The notes beneath the pieces are model-generated. The model worked only from the letters and a program-made list of their open reading frames with translations. It was not told the DNA's origin and made no database searches. DNA of 64,000 nt from assembly GCF_006345805.1 (NCBI RefSeq), contig NC_043012.1, positions 7,130,001 through 7,194,000 of the forward strand. The letters run 5' to 3'. Both the position numbers and the translations under genes were made by a program. This DNA is from Octopus sinensis. Taxonomy: Eukaryota. Positions 40,756 through 52,742 of this stretch are shown here, in pieces (position 1 is the first letter of the stretch; each line of letters begins with the position of its first letter).

Positions 40756-41190
40756 CTAGGCTGAGGAAAAAGTTCGTACGCCGTGTTAGAATAATGACTT
40801 TTTATGCAAGAATTTATTCAAAAGCAACAACAACTATTCTTCAAAATAAAGACCATCATTTTCCATGATCTTCTGCCAATGATCTGCAAGCTTTCGGATT
40901 TGGTCAAAGTACCAATCCTTCGGCTTTGAATCGAAAAATTCTTGACAGGCTTCATCAGCTTCACCGAGTGACTAAAATCAGCGACTTTTCATAAAGTGCT
41001 GCATTGATTGGAAGAGACCGCCGTCAGATGGAACAACGTCTGGACTATAAGCTGGATCCAGCAGAACTTCCACACCGTCCAATTCTTCAATCTTGTTGCT
41101 GGTCTTTCTGGTGCATTGTCTTGTTGAAACAAAGCGCGTTTTTGACGAACAAGTCTTGGGTACTTTTCAACCTGAACTGATTGAACACAC
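40756..41190 (-). mobile_element. 3' fragment of a mariner element (transposase C-terminus plus one TIR)
   Basis: ALFQQDNAP, PAYSPDVVPSD and QEFFDSKPKDWYFDQIRKLADHWQKIMENDGLYFEE*; terminus TA|CTAGGCTGAGGAAAAAGTTCG. Confidence 0.85.
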
Positions 41191-41204
41191 ACACACCCAA
41201 AATA

Positions 41205-42454
41205 CTGGGTTGGTAACTAAGTTCCCGCCGTTTTTTAGAATTTTTATTTTTTAAAAGGTTTAATAAAAAATAACAACTAATTAATAATATATTCCCCCCT
41301 TGTTGTTTACAACTTCTTCCCGACGTTCAACAAGATTTTCAATACCTCGTTGGTAGAAATCACTAGATTTCGACTCGAAAAATTGATCCAACCAAACTCT
41401 CCATTCTAAATCAGTGTTGAACGAAATTCCGCGCATAGCATTTGAAAGAGATCGAAAGAGGGGGAAATCCGTTGGTGCCAAATCTGGAGAGTACGGCAGG
41501 TGTGACAGCACTTCCCAGCCATGCATTTGAATGGCTTCCTTGGTCATATTGGCGATATGAGGGCTGCCGTTGTCGTGCAGCAGAAGAACTCCATGCTGCC
41601 GATTAGGTCTTTTCTCTTGAACAGCCGCGTTGAGTCATTCCATCTGTTGAACGTAGAGTTCCGCGTTGACCGTTTGGTTCCGTTCAAGCAATTCGTAATG
41701 GATAATCCCTTCCTAGTCCCACCATACGCACAACATCGTTTTAAGCGGATGAAGATCTTGTTTCACGCGCAGTGTCGCTTGTTTACCGGGGCTAAGCTAT
41801 TCCTTACGCTGCTTCTTATTGTTGTACAGGCACCATTTTTCGTCACCAGTAACGATTCTGTAAAGAAATCGTTGCCTGTGTTCATGAGTTGAGCGGTGAC
41901 GAGCAAGAAAATCAGCGGAGATCGTGGCTCGTTGAATTTTGTTGTTGTCACTTAAAGCGTGCGGAACCCATGCTCCATACATCTGAACATTTCTCATCTA
42001 GTGAAGATACTCCTCTATTGCAATGTGTGAGCATTCCATTTTCTCTGCCAGTTTCCTTGTCGTTTGACGAGAATTTTCGTGCTAAAGATGGTTTAATCGC
42101 TTTTCATCGAACTCAACTGGACGGCCAGAACGAGGTGCGTCTTTGAGGTCAAAATTTCCATTTTTGAACTAGCAATTCTTTCAGCTTTGGCGTCGCGAGC
42201 AGCTTTTGCGGCCTTAGAACCTGGATTAAAAGCAAAAAGAAGTTGTCGAAAATGATCGTTTTTCTTAACTTGACATTCCATTTTAATGATCTAAAAATAA
42301 ACAAAAATTAACTAAAATTAAATAGAAAAAAAAAAGATTCCAAAATGATTCAAAAATAGAATTCTCGAAAAAAAAAAATAGATTCCAAAATTTCAAAACG
42401 CAATAAATTCCAAAATTAAAAATAAAACCGACTGGAACTTAGTTGGCAACTAAA
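41205..42454 (-). mobile_element. Full-span (~1.25 kb) mariner DD34D-type element with a frameshifted transposase pseudogene
   Basis: TIRs CTGGGTTGGTAACTAAGTTCC / GGAACTTAGTTGGCAACTAAA with TA flanks. Motifs MECQVKKNDHFR, GAWVPHALS, RIVTGDEKWCLY and PYSPDLAPTD. Confidence 0.93.
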
Positions 42455-43710
42455 TATATAAAAGCGTCATTTTAACACGGCTGCGATAAGGTCATTCACA
42501 CACGCCACCAGACCCAGAGCAGATGAAGCTTTTCAGATTTTACGATGATCATCAAAGAGAAGGTAACTTCATTCAAATTGTGTGTCCTGACAGCTACTGG
42601 GCTCGTTGGACTTGTTGCATCAGACCAATACAAGTACGAGAGAGTGGAAGTGGTTCTGCACAAACCATGCCTACTATAATTCTATTCGTCGTGCTGGTTA
42701 TTCAGTAAAACAAAACATTAGCATCAACATCATAACACTTTCTTCATTAATCCAGTGATGGGAGGGAAGGAGGTGACGGGGTTAAGTAGAGGATCTTACC
42801 GGAAGTCTTCTGCTTTGACCTTGCACACAGGCAACCGTAGGGTGATTGTCGTTTCAGCTATGTTGTGCTGCGCTTTCATTCATCGAAACGACGAGAGAGT
42901 TCACCATTTTCCCCATTACAAAAACACGGTCTATAAATTTGAGTATTTAAAGAGTTAAGAAATATATAGATATTAAGAATACACGGTACTATCGCTACTA
43001 TAAAAACGGTGGCTTATAAATTTCCTCAAGATGTGAGCAAGAAGAGAGATTTTTCGTCATAAAGGTTAATAAAATAAGTTATTAAGTTAGTACAAAATTT
43101 GGTTCTTTATACAAAAACTTAATTACAATTATTAAACTATATTACTAATATGATAAGATTGACAGGTCTTGAACGTATAGTAGTAACAAACGTTACAAAT
43201 TTTATAACTTGCAGCAGTTCTTATTTACTTTTTTTCTTTCTTTCTTTTGATTCCGGTCATTTTCATCATCCAGCTAGGAATTTGCTAAAATTATTTTCGG
43301 CAAGAATAAATATATTTCTCTTATCATCAGAAAAATTTCTGTCTGTTCTGTTTAGGAGGCAAACACAATCGATTTCTGCAATCGTAAAACAACCCAAAAC
43401 GCAGAATTCCGAAAGTCACAAAAGACTAATTGCAATGTCGCAATATATTTATGTCTAACGGCTGCGAAAACAATTATTCTTAGCTTTCTTCTTCTTCTTC
43501 TTCTTCTCCTTCTATCTTTATCATCCCCACAACTTACAACTTATCTCCGAAATATTCGTATTACTTTCACTTTCACTTCCACTTGTAGACTTGGTCGGTT
43601 GGGGGGGGGGCAGTGAGGAAAGAAATATTTGCCTTATAACCTTTACCAATAAACGAATAGACAACATAAATACATTTCACAGAATTTTTATATTTATCAC
43701 CTCCAGTGTT

Positions 43711-43815
<105 letters not shown>

Positions 43816-43999
43816 AGTGGCTTATAAGACTACTTACAACTTATGTTCGAATCTATGTGTATGTTTTGTGTGTGTGTGTGTATGTGTACTCGTGTATGCG
43901 TATGCGTGTACGTTTGTGTGCTTGCATGTAAACAAACTACTATTCTTCTGAAATCCTCTGCACTTTCTCAAATGTAATAATAACAACGATAATAATAAT

Positions 44000-44530
44000 T
44001 TCAAACTTTGGCCCCAAAGAAAGTGCTTTTAAGGGAAGGGAGTTAATCCTTACCATCAATCCCAGTACTTGACTGGTACTTTATTTTATTGGTGCTAGAA
44101 AAACGAGAGGAAAAGTTGACCTCAGCGGAATTTGAACTCAGAGCATGAAGAACCGGAACAAGTACGTCAACGCATATTTCACGATGCTCTAACGAATAGT
44201 AACTGCAGCAACAATAATCCTTTTTTCGATAGGTACAAAGCTTGAAATTTTGGTGCAGCGAGGTTCGTCAATTACATTCACCTCGGCACTCAACTGGTAC
44301 TTATTTCAGTGACCCCGAAAGAAATGAAATTCGTAATGGATAATCCCTTCCCAGTTCCACCATACGGACAACATCGTTTTACGCGGATGAGGATCTTGTT
44401 TCACGCGCGGTGAAACAAGACCCCGAAAGAAATGAAAGGCAAAGTCGACTTCAGAAGTATTTAAACTCAGAAACTAAGCAACGCAAAGCCGTACGAAATG
44501 CTGTAAGGAACGTAAAGCCGTACGAAATGC
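44000..44530 (-). mobile_element. Two SINE family A copies, the second interrupted by a mariner-derived patch
   Basis: Core motifs ACTGGTACTT, AAAGT(T/C)GAC and GAATTTGAACTCAG. Insert at 44330-44418. Confidence 0.8.
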
Positions 44531-44601
44531 CAACAATTCAGACAGTTCGCCATCTTTAACAGCAACAAGTGTAACATGAAGATTTGCACCAAAGCTGCAT
44601 G

Positions 44602-44890
44602 ATAGTGATGTCCCACGTAGCATGCAGACCATTATATAGCTTCTTTTATTCTCGATTTCCGTTTTAATTTGACATGCGCATTGCGTTTTTATCCTTCTCT
44701 TCCGTTTTGTGAATTCAGTGTGCGCATGCACATTGCGTGTTCCTACTTCGCTTTCCGGTTCCTATTCAAAATTGTTTATATATCACAACCATCACAGGAA
44801 CGTGCGTTCGTGAGGAGCACTACACGCTCCGATGGTTGTGAAAAAATAATTTTTTTTTATTGACGTGAACGTTTAAGCTTATAATATAGA
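44602..44890 (-). mobile_element. Possible short non-autonomous Helitron
   Basis: The minus strand starts TCTATATTATAAG (Helitron-like 5' end) and has an internal 11-bp inverted repeat TCACAACCATC/GATGGTTGTGA. The 3' hairpin and CTAG are only degenerate. Confidence 0.35.
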
Positions 44891-45547
44891 CGCGTCATAG
44901 AAATGGTGTTACACTCCTAACATGTTTTAGCGTGCAAAAATATTACTTTCCTATGTACGGCGACTTCTTCAGGGAATTATTTTCTTGTCCATTTGAAAGC
45001 TAGACGTTGTTCGAAACGCCATTTCAAGAGCGACTGATAAAGTGAATACTGATCAAAAGATCTACATGTCCCATGAATAACTTCTAGTAAATATTCCGTA
45101 TTTTATTTATGTGGCACATTTGAGACCTATTCTTCTCTATTTTTGTTGTTATTTATATAAAAACAAAATCATAGCACCGATAACATATTGAATCGCAGCG
45201 AACTGTCAGTGATTCAATATTTCGTTAGATGACCTAAGATTGTACAACCGCTGTTTATATTTCTATATCCACACACATGTATGTGAGCGTGCGTATGCAT
45301 ATCTCTGCGTATATATGTATATATATGTGTGTGCGTGAATGTGTGTGTGTGTGTATGTGTGTGGGTATGTGTGTGGAAATAACGGGAGCTGAAACAATGC
45401 ATATGACCTCAGTCAATTTAAATCGGTTGGGTGAGATTTTCTCTGCTTGTTGATCCACTTGTGTGTGTCAGTGTACTTGAGATTGTGTAGGTGTGTATAT
45501 ACATACATACATAAATGCATACATGCATACATACATACATACATACT

Positions 45548-45602
45548 TACATACATAGACATAATCATGCATACATACAGATACATGTGTGCATACAGGT
45601 GC

Positions 45603-45685
<83 letters not shown>

Positions 45686-45751
45686 TATACACAGAAGCAC
45701 CTGTATGCACACATGTATCTGTATGTATGCATGATTATGTCTATGTATGTA
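45548..45751. repeat. Perfect 61-bp inverted duplication mirrored across a (TA)n tract
   Basis: 45548-45608 is the exact reverse complement of 45691-45751. The spacer is TA repeat, and symmetry continues into the flanking (CATA)n/(TATG)n. Confidence 0.95.
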
Positions 45752-46268
45752 TGTATGTATGTATGTATGTATGTATGTATGTATATATATATATATATGG
45801 ATGTGTTTGTGTGTGTATTTCACTGATGTAACATGGTTATTTGTAGACGGATATGAAGTTCATTTTTCCTGCCATTTCTTTCTTTCTTGCTACCTTTCTT
45901 CCTTTTTTCTTTCGTTCTTTCCTTCTTCCTTCCTTTCTTTCTTTTCTGTCGTTGTTGTTGTTGTGGATAGAGGTGGACATTTATGTTGCTGTTTTTGTTG
46001 TTTTTGCAGCTTTGCTTTTGGATTTTATCGATATCAGTTATTGCTGCTGCTGCCGCTGCTGCTGCTGCTTCTGCTGCTGTTTTTGCTGCTGCTGTTGTTG
46101 TTGTTGTTGTTAGGAGGACATTTTTTGACTTTGATGTTGTTTGGGCAGAGAATTAATACTTTCATGTTTGTTGGGCAACAGCGGATGGCTTTGATCTCTT
46201 CACAGACAGATATGCGTTTAGATGTCACCCGAGCCATGGGTACAAATTATCTCGTACAAATACACACG

Positions 46269-46305
<37 letters not shown>

Positions 46306-46864
46306 GTATATACATATACGTGCATGTGCATATATCTGTGCGGTTATGTGTGAGAATGTCTGCGTTCGTTTGTATATTTGTGAGTGTTATTAATAACAGT
46401 GGGCGAGTATTATCCGTTGCGGACTTCTTTTTCAAGTTACCACCAGACAAGAAGTGCATAACAATTTTCAAGCTATACTTATACACATACACAAAAATGT
46501 ATCCGTGCATGTTTGTGTGTGCGTGTATGTGTATGTGGCTCTTTTCTTCCATTTCAACTCTCCGTCGCTTTCATGTTTCTTGTTTTCCTTTCTTGCATCA
46601 CCGCCATATTATATTATATTATATAACATGTAATCTTCTGTATGGAATCTAAGCGTTCACAACTCTTACTGTTATTGCGTGATCTTTCGGGTGATTTCAC
46701 AGCATTAGCACTAGTCAACAGCAGCGTATATGTGTGTATGTGTGTTTGTGTGTATTTGTGTGTATGCAGTCTCAAATACTACTGTTTGTTTTATCGTTTT
46801 GCTTTTAACTGAGAAACTCATTGAACTCCGGTCATGCTGGGTGACGGTTTGGATGGGTTTAGTC

Positions 46865-47157
46865 CAGCGTTTCCAACCGGGGTTCACAGAAGCTTTAAGG
46901 GGTTCCACGAGTAAAAAATTGTAATCTGTGGGTCCATATATAAATTTTGTTTCCTAGGAGAGGTACCTGTATTTATTGAAATTTTCAAGATTTGCATTTG
47001 GAATCTACGTTATGAATGTAACGAAATTCATTGTTAGCTTTTACGAACCTACAAACAAATATCTTATTCCAAAAATTTAAATGTGCATATATGGGGTCCA
47101 CAGATGATAAGATAGCTCTCAGGGCGTCCACGAACAAAATAATATTGGGAACCCCTA
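46865..47157. mobile_element. hAT (Charlie-like) MITE, 293 bp, nested in a SINE family B remnant
   Basis: 8-bp TSD GTTTAGTC at 46857-46864 and 47158-47165; termini CAGCGTTTCCAA / TTGGGAACCCCTA. Confidence 0.88.
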
Positions 47158-47313
47158 GTTTAGTCGAACAAAGCGACCCTTTGAACTTCTTGTTAAATAA
47201 ATCTGGTACTTATCCTATCGGTCTTTCTTGCCAATAACATAAACAAACAAATACCGGTTGGCAAACGAGGGGATGCCAAACACAATAACGCACACACACA
47301 AACATATAATACA

Positions 47314-47344
<31 letters not shown>

Positions 47345-47392
47345 AAACATATATAATATATATCACATATATATATATATACAAACATACAG

Positions 47393-47448
<56 letters not shown>

Positions 47449-47516
47449 TGTGTGTGTGTATGTGTGTGTGTGTGTGCGTGTGTGTGTAGAGTGTTAGGTG
47501 TGATGTACAGAATTGA

Positions 47517-47695
47517 ATATGGAAAAAAAGTCGTCAGAATTTTGGAAAGAACTTGTTTTATTATAAATATTATAATTTCGTTCGCCTCGAAAGACAAACG
47601 AAAGCGCTAATATGAAAATGAAGATATAAAAAAGAATAGAGAATAAAAAAAATAAAAAGAGTTCTTTCCAGAATTCTCACGACTTTTTTCAATAT
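47517..47695. repeat. Short element with ~45-bp imperfect inverted arms
   Basis: AAAAAAGTCGTCAGAATTTTGGAAAGAAC vs GTTCTTTCCAGAATTCTCACGACTTTTTT. Inner CGAAAGCGCTA resembles a hammerhead 3' half. Confidence 0.75.
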
Positions 47696-47808
47696 ATATA
47701 TATGTGTGTGTGTGTGTATGTGTGTGTATGTATGTATGTATGTATATGTATATATAACAACAAACAACAAACAAAATCCGTTGGATTTACTTCAACATTT
47801 AAATTTAA

Positions 47809-47859
47809 TTTGGCAAAATATTTTCGTCGCTTTGAAACCGTGACCTGTTCACTGACAAA
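47809..47859 (-). ncRNA. Candidate type I minimal hammerhead ribozyme with G3:C8 core variant
   Basis: Minus strand: TTTGTCA-GTGAACA-G-GTCAC-GGTTTCAAA-GCGAC-GAAA-ATAT-TT-TGCCAAA. Stem I 6/7 bp, stem II 4/5 bp, palindromic stem III. Confidence 0.5.
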
Positions 47860-47867
47860 ATTCCGTG

Positions 47868-47932
<65 letters not shown>

Positions 47933-47933
<1 letters not shown>

Positions 47934-48730
47934 GTGGTCTGATCAAAAAGTATCCGGACTGTTTCCAAAGTAACGAAGTTAAAACATGCAGAGTGAAGTC
48001 GCTTGGCACAGATTGACCTTGAACTTTGCTGTGCGAGGGCACTAAATTTTAGCGTTCTAGCTCACTTCCGCTGTTCGCAGCAGTGCTTGGAAGGAAGGTG
48101 TGTAGCGTGTGATCGTCGCATTGACCATAACAGAGAAAGTTGTCATAGCGATACTTGCTCAGAGACCTACGCAAAGTTGCAGAAAGTGAATGGAGGAGAG
48201 TGTATGGTAAGCACATATGTGTACGAGTGGGTTAGATGTTTCCAACATGGCCGAAAAAGAATCGATGTTGACGAACGTTCTAGGAGAAATGCAATCAGCA
48301 GTACTGATAAAAACATCGCAGATGTGCGTGCGGCTGTGAGGGGAAATCATCGAATCACCATCCGTGAGTTATCAGAGGATCTGCAGATTAGTTACGGTTC
48401 TGTTCAGTCCATTATCACTGAAGATTTGGGCATGAGCCACGTGTCTGCCAAATTTGTGCCAAAATTGCTTTCAGCTGACCAAAGAGACACTCGGGTTCTA
48501 GTTGTACAAGATCTCCTTGACTCTGTCGAGAAGGATGAAAACTTCTTGAAAACTTTTCGTAGGTCTCTGAGCAGGTATCGCCAAGCTTTTGGCAAAATTT
48601 GAAGCAGATTCTCTGCTCAACTTTAGATCACACGCTACACACCTTCCTTCTAAGCACTATTGTAAACAAGAGAAGTGAGGTGGAACGTTAAAATGTTATG
48701 CGCATGGACAGCAGCATTCAAGATCAATCT
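47933..48730 (+). mobile_element. Rearranged mariner derivative: N-terminal HTH coding region retained, catalytic domain replaced by an inverted copy of the 5' end
   Basis: TA|CGTGGTCTGATCAAAAAGTATCCGGACT terminus. ORF contains VYEWVRCF, RITIRELSEDLQISYGSVQSII and VSAKFVPKLLS. 48551-48730 is the reverse complement of 48010-48178. Confidence 0.88.
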
Positions 48731-48792
48731 ATTCCTCGAGTTCTCAGCGTTTCCTCACATCTGCGACGGAGATATTTTAAAATTTTCTTTTC

Positions 48793-48861
48793 ATACAGAG
48801 TCTGACGAGCGATCCACAAGGCTTTAGCATAGTGGGTGCGAAACCTTGGATAAATCTGTAT
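48793..48861 (+). ncRNA. Candidate type I hammerhead ribozyme (best-preserved core in the window)
   Basis: ATACAGA-GT-CTGACGA-GCGATCCAC-(14 nt)-GTGGGTGC-GAAA-CCTTGGA-TA-AA-TCTGTAT. Intact core, 8-bp stem II with one bulge, 7-bp distal stem I. Stem III has one extra A. Confidence 0.6.
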
Positions 48862-49011
48862 AAAATTTTGTTATAAAATATATATATATATATTAGTGCA
48901 TTTAAGCTCTTATTCCTAGCAAACACACACACACACACATACACACACACACACACACACGTATTCACACACACACACACACACCACACACACACACACA
49001 TACACACACAG

Positions 49012-49081
<70 letters not shown>

Positions 49082-49269
49082 TATATATATCAGACGAACT
49101 TCAACACAGTTTCAGTCAATTAAATTCACTCATAAGTCGTTGGTCGGCCCGAGATTTTAGTAAAAAACATTTGACCATGATGCTGCGCAGTGGGATTGAA
49201 CACGAAACTGCGTGGTTACGAAGCGAGTTTCTTTACCCAACTGCCATATCATTACTATGTTCAGCAGTT

Positions 49270-49900
49270 ATTCTTTCCCTCCCTGCCTTGTATATTTGTA
49301 AGCTCTGAGTTCCTGTTTATGTATTTGTCTGCATGTTTTTATTTTAATCATTCGTAACACACAAACAGCTATAAGAGACTGTTTCTGTTTGCAATCCCTA
49401 TATCCTGGTTATCTCTATTTCCAGATCTTCGTATTTGGATAATTTGTTCATTTCTTTAAACAAGATCCATGGTCGTCTGATGGGACAACATATTCGATGA
49501 GAAGATGCATCCCTTCAAACCGTCCTTCACAACAATATCTGGTGAATTATTTTTTATCCCATTGTATGCAATGAACCAGCATATCTCAGACTGTTTGTTT
49601 TATAATCCTCTAAGCCCTTTGTTGCTGTATCTGTATACCACGTCCTTTCTGTTAGTATTTCCTAATACTGAGATAATTTCCATTGTATGAATGAGTTAAC
49701 GCTGTGATCATTGTACAAGTGTTCTCTGGAGTAAGAGCGAGTGGCCAACGATAAAGTACATAATTATATTTTCCACCTCCTAAAATCACATCTCTACAAT
49801 CACTCCTATACATCATTACATGCTTTAAGTGGTTTGCTGTGACAAGGCTTTGATCTTGCGTACAATCAGAATTCTTTGTATCCAGCTTTGACTCCTGCAT
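49270..49900 (-). pseudogene. Decayed R4/Dong-like non-LTR retrotransposon C-terminus (restriction-like endonuclease)
   Basis: Minus strand: QDQSLVTANH, NNSPDIVV (cf. the NRPDIVV PD motif) and FKEMNKLSKYEDLEIEITRI*GL (~49460-49392). Confidence 0.8.
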
Positions 49901-50464
49901 TTCTTAAACAAATTTACGATTAATTTTTTGTGTGTAGATCTACTTTATCCATGGAAGAACCGATGGAACAAGTAACATATTTGAAAAAATAAGTATTAGG
50001 GTCGATTTGTTCCACTAAAACATTTCAAGGCAGTGGCTCAGCATGGCTGCAGTCCAATGATTGAAGCAAGTGAAACATAAAAAATAATTATTGACTTCCT
50101 TGAAAACAGAAAACTGCTTTTGTTTTACTCGTGTTTTGTAGTTAATTATATTAATTTTCCGTTCTTCTTTACCAGATGCTTTGTAGTCCTATGGCGGACA
50201 TTTTATGATTGTTTCCCAGAGACACTTTTACCTCCCTGTATCCATGGCAATATAATCCATCTATTTCAGATGTTTTAGTAGTATATTCTAAATACAGCAA
50301 TTAATTTTCTTATTTTTCTGTTTACTTTCGCTAATTAACTTAGCGTCTAATAAAGAATATTTCAACTATAATTTATATCAAGGACAACAAGAGTATTTGA
50401 TGTCTATTAACTTCATTCTTGAATTTCGTTCTCTTTTAAGTATTGATTCCATCCATTTATAATA

Positions 50465-50680
50465 GCATATTTTCCGATATACAAATCGAGTTTTTTAGAC
50501 CAAAATTTAGAGCAAAAATAAGACAAAAGAAAAAAAGGAAAAAATAGGTCGACTTATACACCAAGACAACTTTAGACGAGCAAAAATTCCATGGGAAATA
50601 CAGCAGGATTTGGAAGGATAGTGGCGATGTTTGAATGTTTACATTATTTACCACGTCGACTTGTATACCGAAAACTACGC
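50465..50680. mobile_element. pogo/Tc2-like MITE (~216 bp)
   Basis: TA-flanked TIRs GCATATTTTCCGATATACAAATCGA / TCGACTTGTATACCGAAAACTACGC (20/25 match); internal GGTCGACTTATACAC. Confidence 0.75.
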
Positions 50681-52024
50681 TATTCTTTTCTAAACAGCTT
50701 TTTTCTTTTAATTATTTATGTGTATTTTATACACTATCAGGTTTATTGGTTTCTTTTTATTTAGAAGTCTGTGTTTGGATTAATTCTTTATCATGCTTGA
50801 GGCTGTTGTACTTGATTAATTTTTCTCTCTTCCATGTTGTTCAGCTTCTTCTTTAGAACCTAATCGCATATCAATTCAACTATTTAATCCGTGTAGTATT
50901 AAATAGTTATTTATCGTCTGCCACGTACAACTTGGTTGCGCATATTAAAAAAAAATCTTAACACCGCATTTGTATCCGAGTTCAATCTGCTCAAAGGTAT
51001 TAATACGAGACAGAAAAAAAAATGAGTGGAATGTTTTCGTGACATATTCTTCCTTTTAAGTTTTATAATTCGATATCTGATATTTTGTTGGTTAGCTTCG
51101 AGAATGTATCTTCTTAACTTTCTTGGAATCGAAAGTTACTTAAAGTTCAGGCATGAGAAACGATGACACAGCGTGACAAGGCTTTAATTCCAAATTATCG
51201 ATACAATCCATCTTAAGAACTTCCAAACAAACAATTTCCGTGAATCCAATTTCATCCACAAGGTCGTACTGCACGACATTTGTCGAAGATGCTGTACAGC
51301 CGAGTTCAAATCCGAAAAGACGTGACTCCGAAACAAACATTCGTTCATATTAAACGCATGCGCACTAAATGCATAACTAAATGTCCTGGTTAAAGTCAGC
51401 GCAGAAACAAAAGAAAAACCAACAATACTAAAACAAATCTGTCTATTGGCTATCGACAAAATTTCAGCCAATGATTATGAGAAAGAAGAAACAAACCCAA
51501 CAAATTCAAACAAAGCAGACGATGTTTTATTCTGACAAACATATTAACATTTAATAGGATGCATTATCTGTTGTCGTTTATTTTGTTTCCTTTGTTTCCT
51601 TTTTTTTTTTTGCCTTTATTTATCTTTCATATTATCCCATATTATTTACATCGAAGATCAATACCGCTGAAGCAACCATTTCTCTTCAACTCTCTCTTAC
51701 TGTATTTTTCTTTTCCTTCTCATATTCTTTCTTCTTCTTCTTCTTTTTTTTTTGTTTAGCATTTGTTTGTTGTTACATTTTTATTTTATTTTCACAACCT
51801 AAAGTATTCCGGAAATGAAGAAGGGAAAAGAAAAAAGAAAAAGGAAAAAGGATAAAATAGATTATATAAATCCGTCTTAACACTGTACAAACATTCTCAA
51901 ATGTGTCCGAATGGAATTTAGCCAAAACAAATAGCAAAAGTTAACGAAAAAGCAAAGCAAAATCTATCGAGGGCGAAAGCATAGGAGATCAGCAGGAACG
52001 GATTAAAAACACATGTACGTGTGC

Positions 52025-52058
<34 letters not shown>

Positions 52059-52672
52059 ATGCACGGATGGAATGGGCGGAGGGATGCATATGTATGAATA
52101 TGTATGTATATGTATATGCGTATGTACGCATGCATGTATGGATGTATGCATGTATGCATGCACTATGTATAATGCATATGTTTATTTTTCTCATTAAATC
52201 TATACAGCTTCTTTAGAGACTTCTATGAATTCTACAGCCCTAAATCTATGGAATATCCAATTCTCTGCGACACACACACACACACACATGCACATACCTG
52301 CACGGCCATACACTCACGCACACATATTTTGTACTTATTGGGGGTTGCTTTATAAACTACCTCTGTTATGCTTATTATTACAAATTTCGCTTTGCAGCCA
52401 CGCGGTTTTAGGTTCGATATAATCGCGCGCCATTTAGGATAACTGGTTTCTGCAATAGGGTCAGGCTGAGCAAGATGTAGTTTATTGAAAAATAATTGAC
52501 GGAAATATTGTAGAAACAGAAATATATCGAGTACACACACACACACTCACACACATGTATGAATGTATAAGAATAAATTCACACTCACACTATGTATGTG
52601 TGTGTGTATATACATGCATACAAACACAGACACACACGCGCACACACACACACACACTCACACACACACACG

Positions 52673-52738
<66 letters not shown>

Positions 52739-52742
52739 TATA

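Noticed and set aside
45747-46652. Longest ORF (301 aa)
   Set aside because: Concatenated low-complexity tracts with no recognisable motif.
51140-51480. Possible promoter or first exon (ATTGG and CCAAT boxes near 51445-51472, complex sequence)
   Set aside because: No convincing ORF, splice donor or TSS evidence; the motifs are short enough to be chance.
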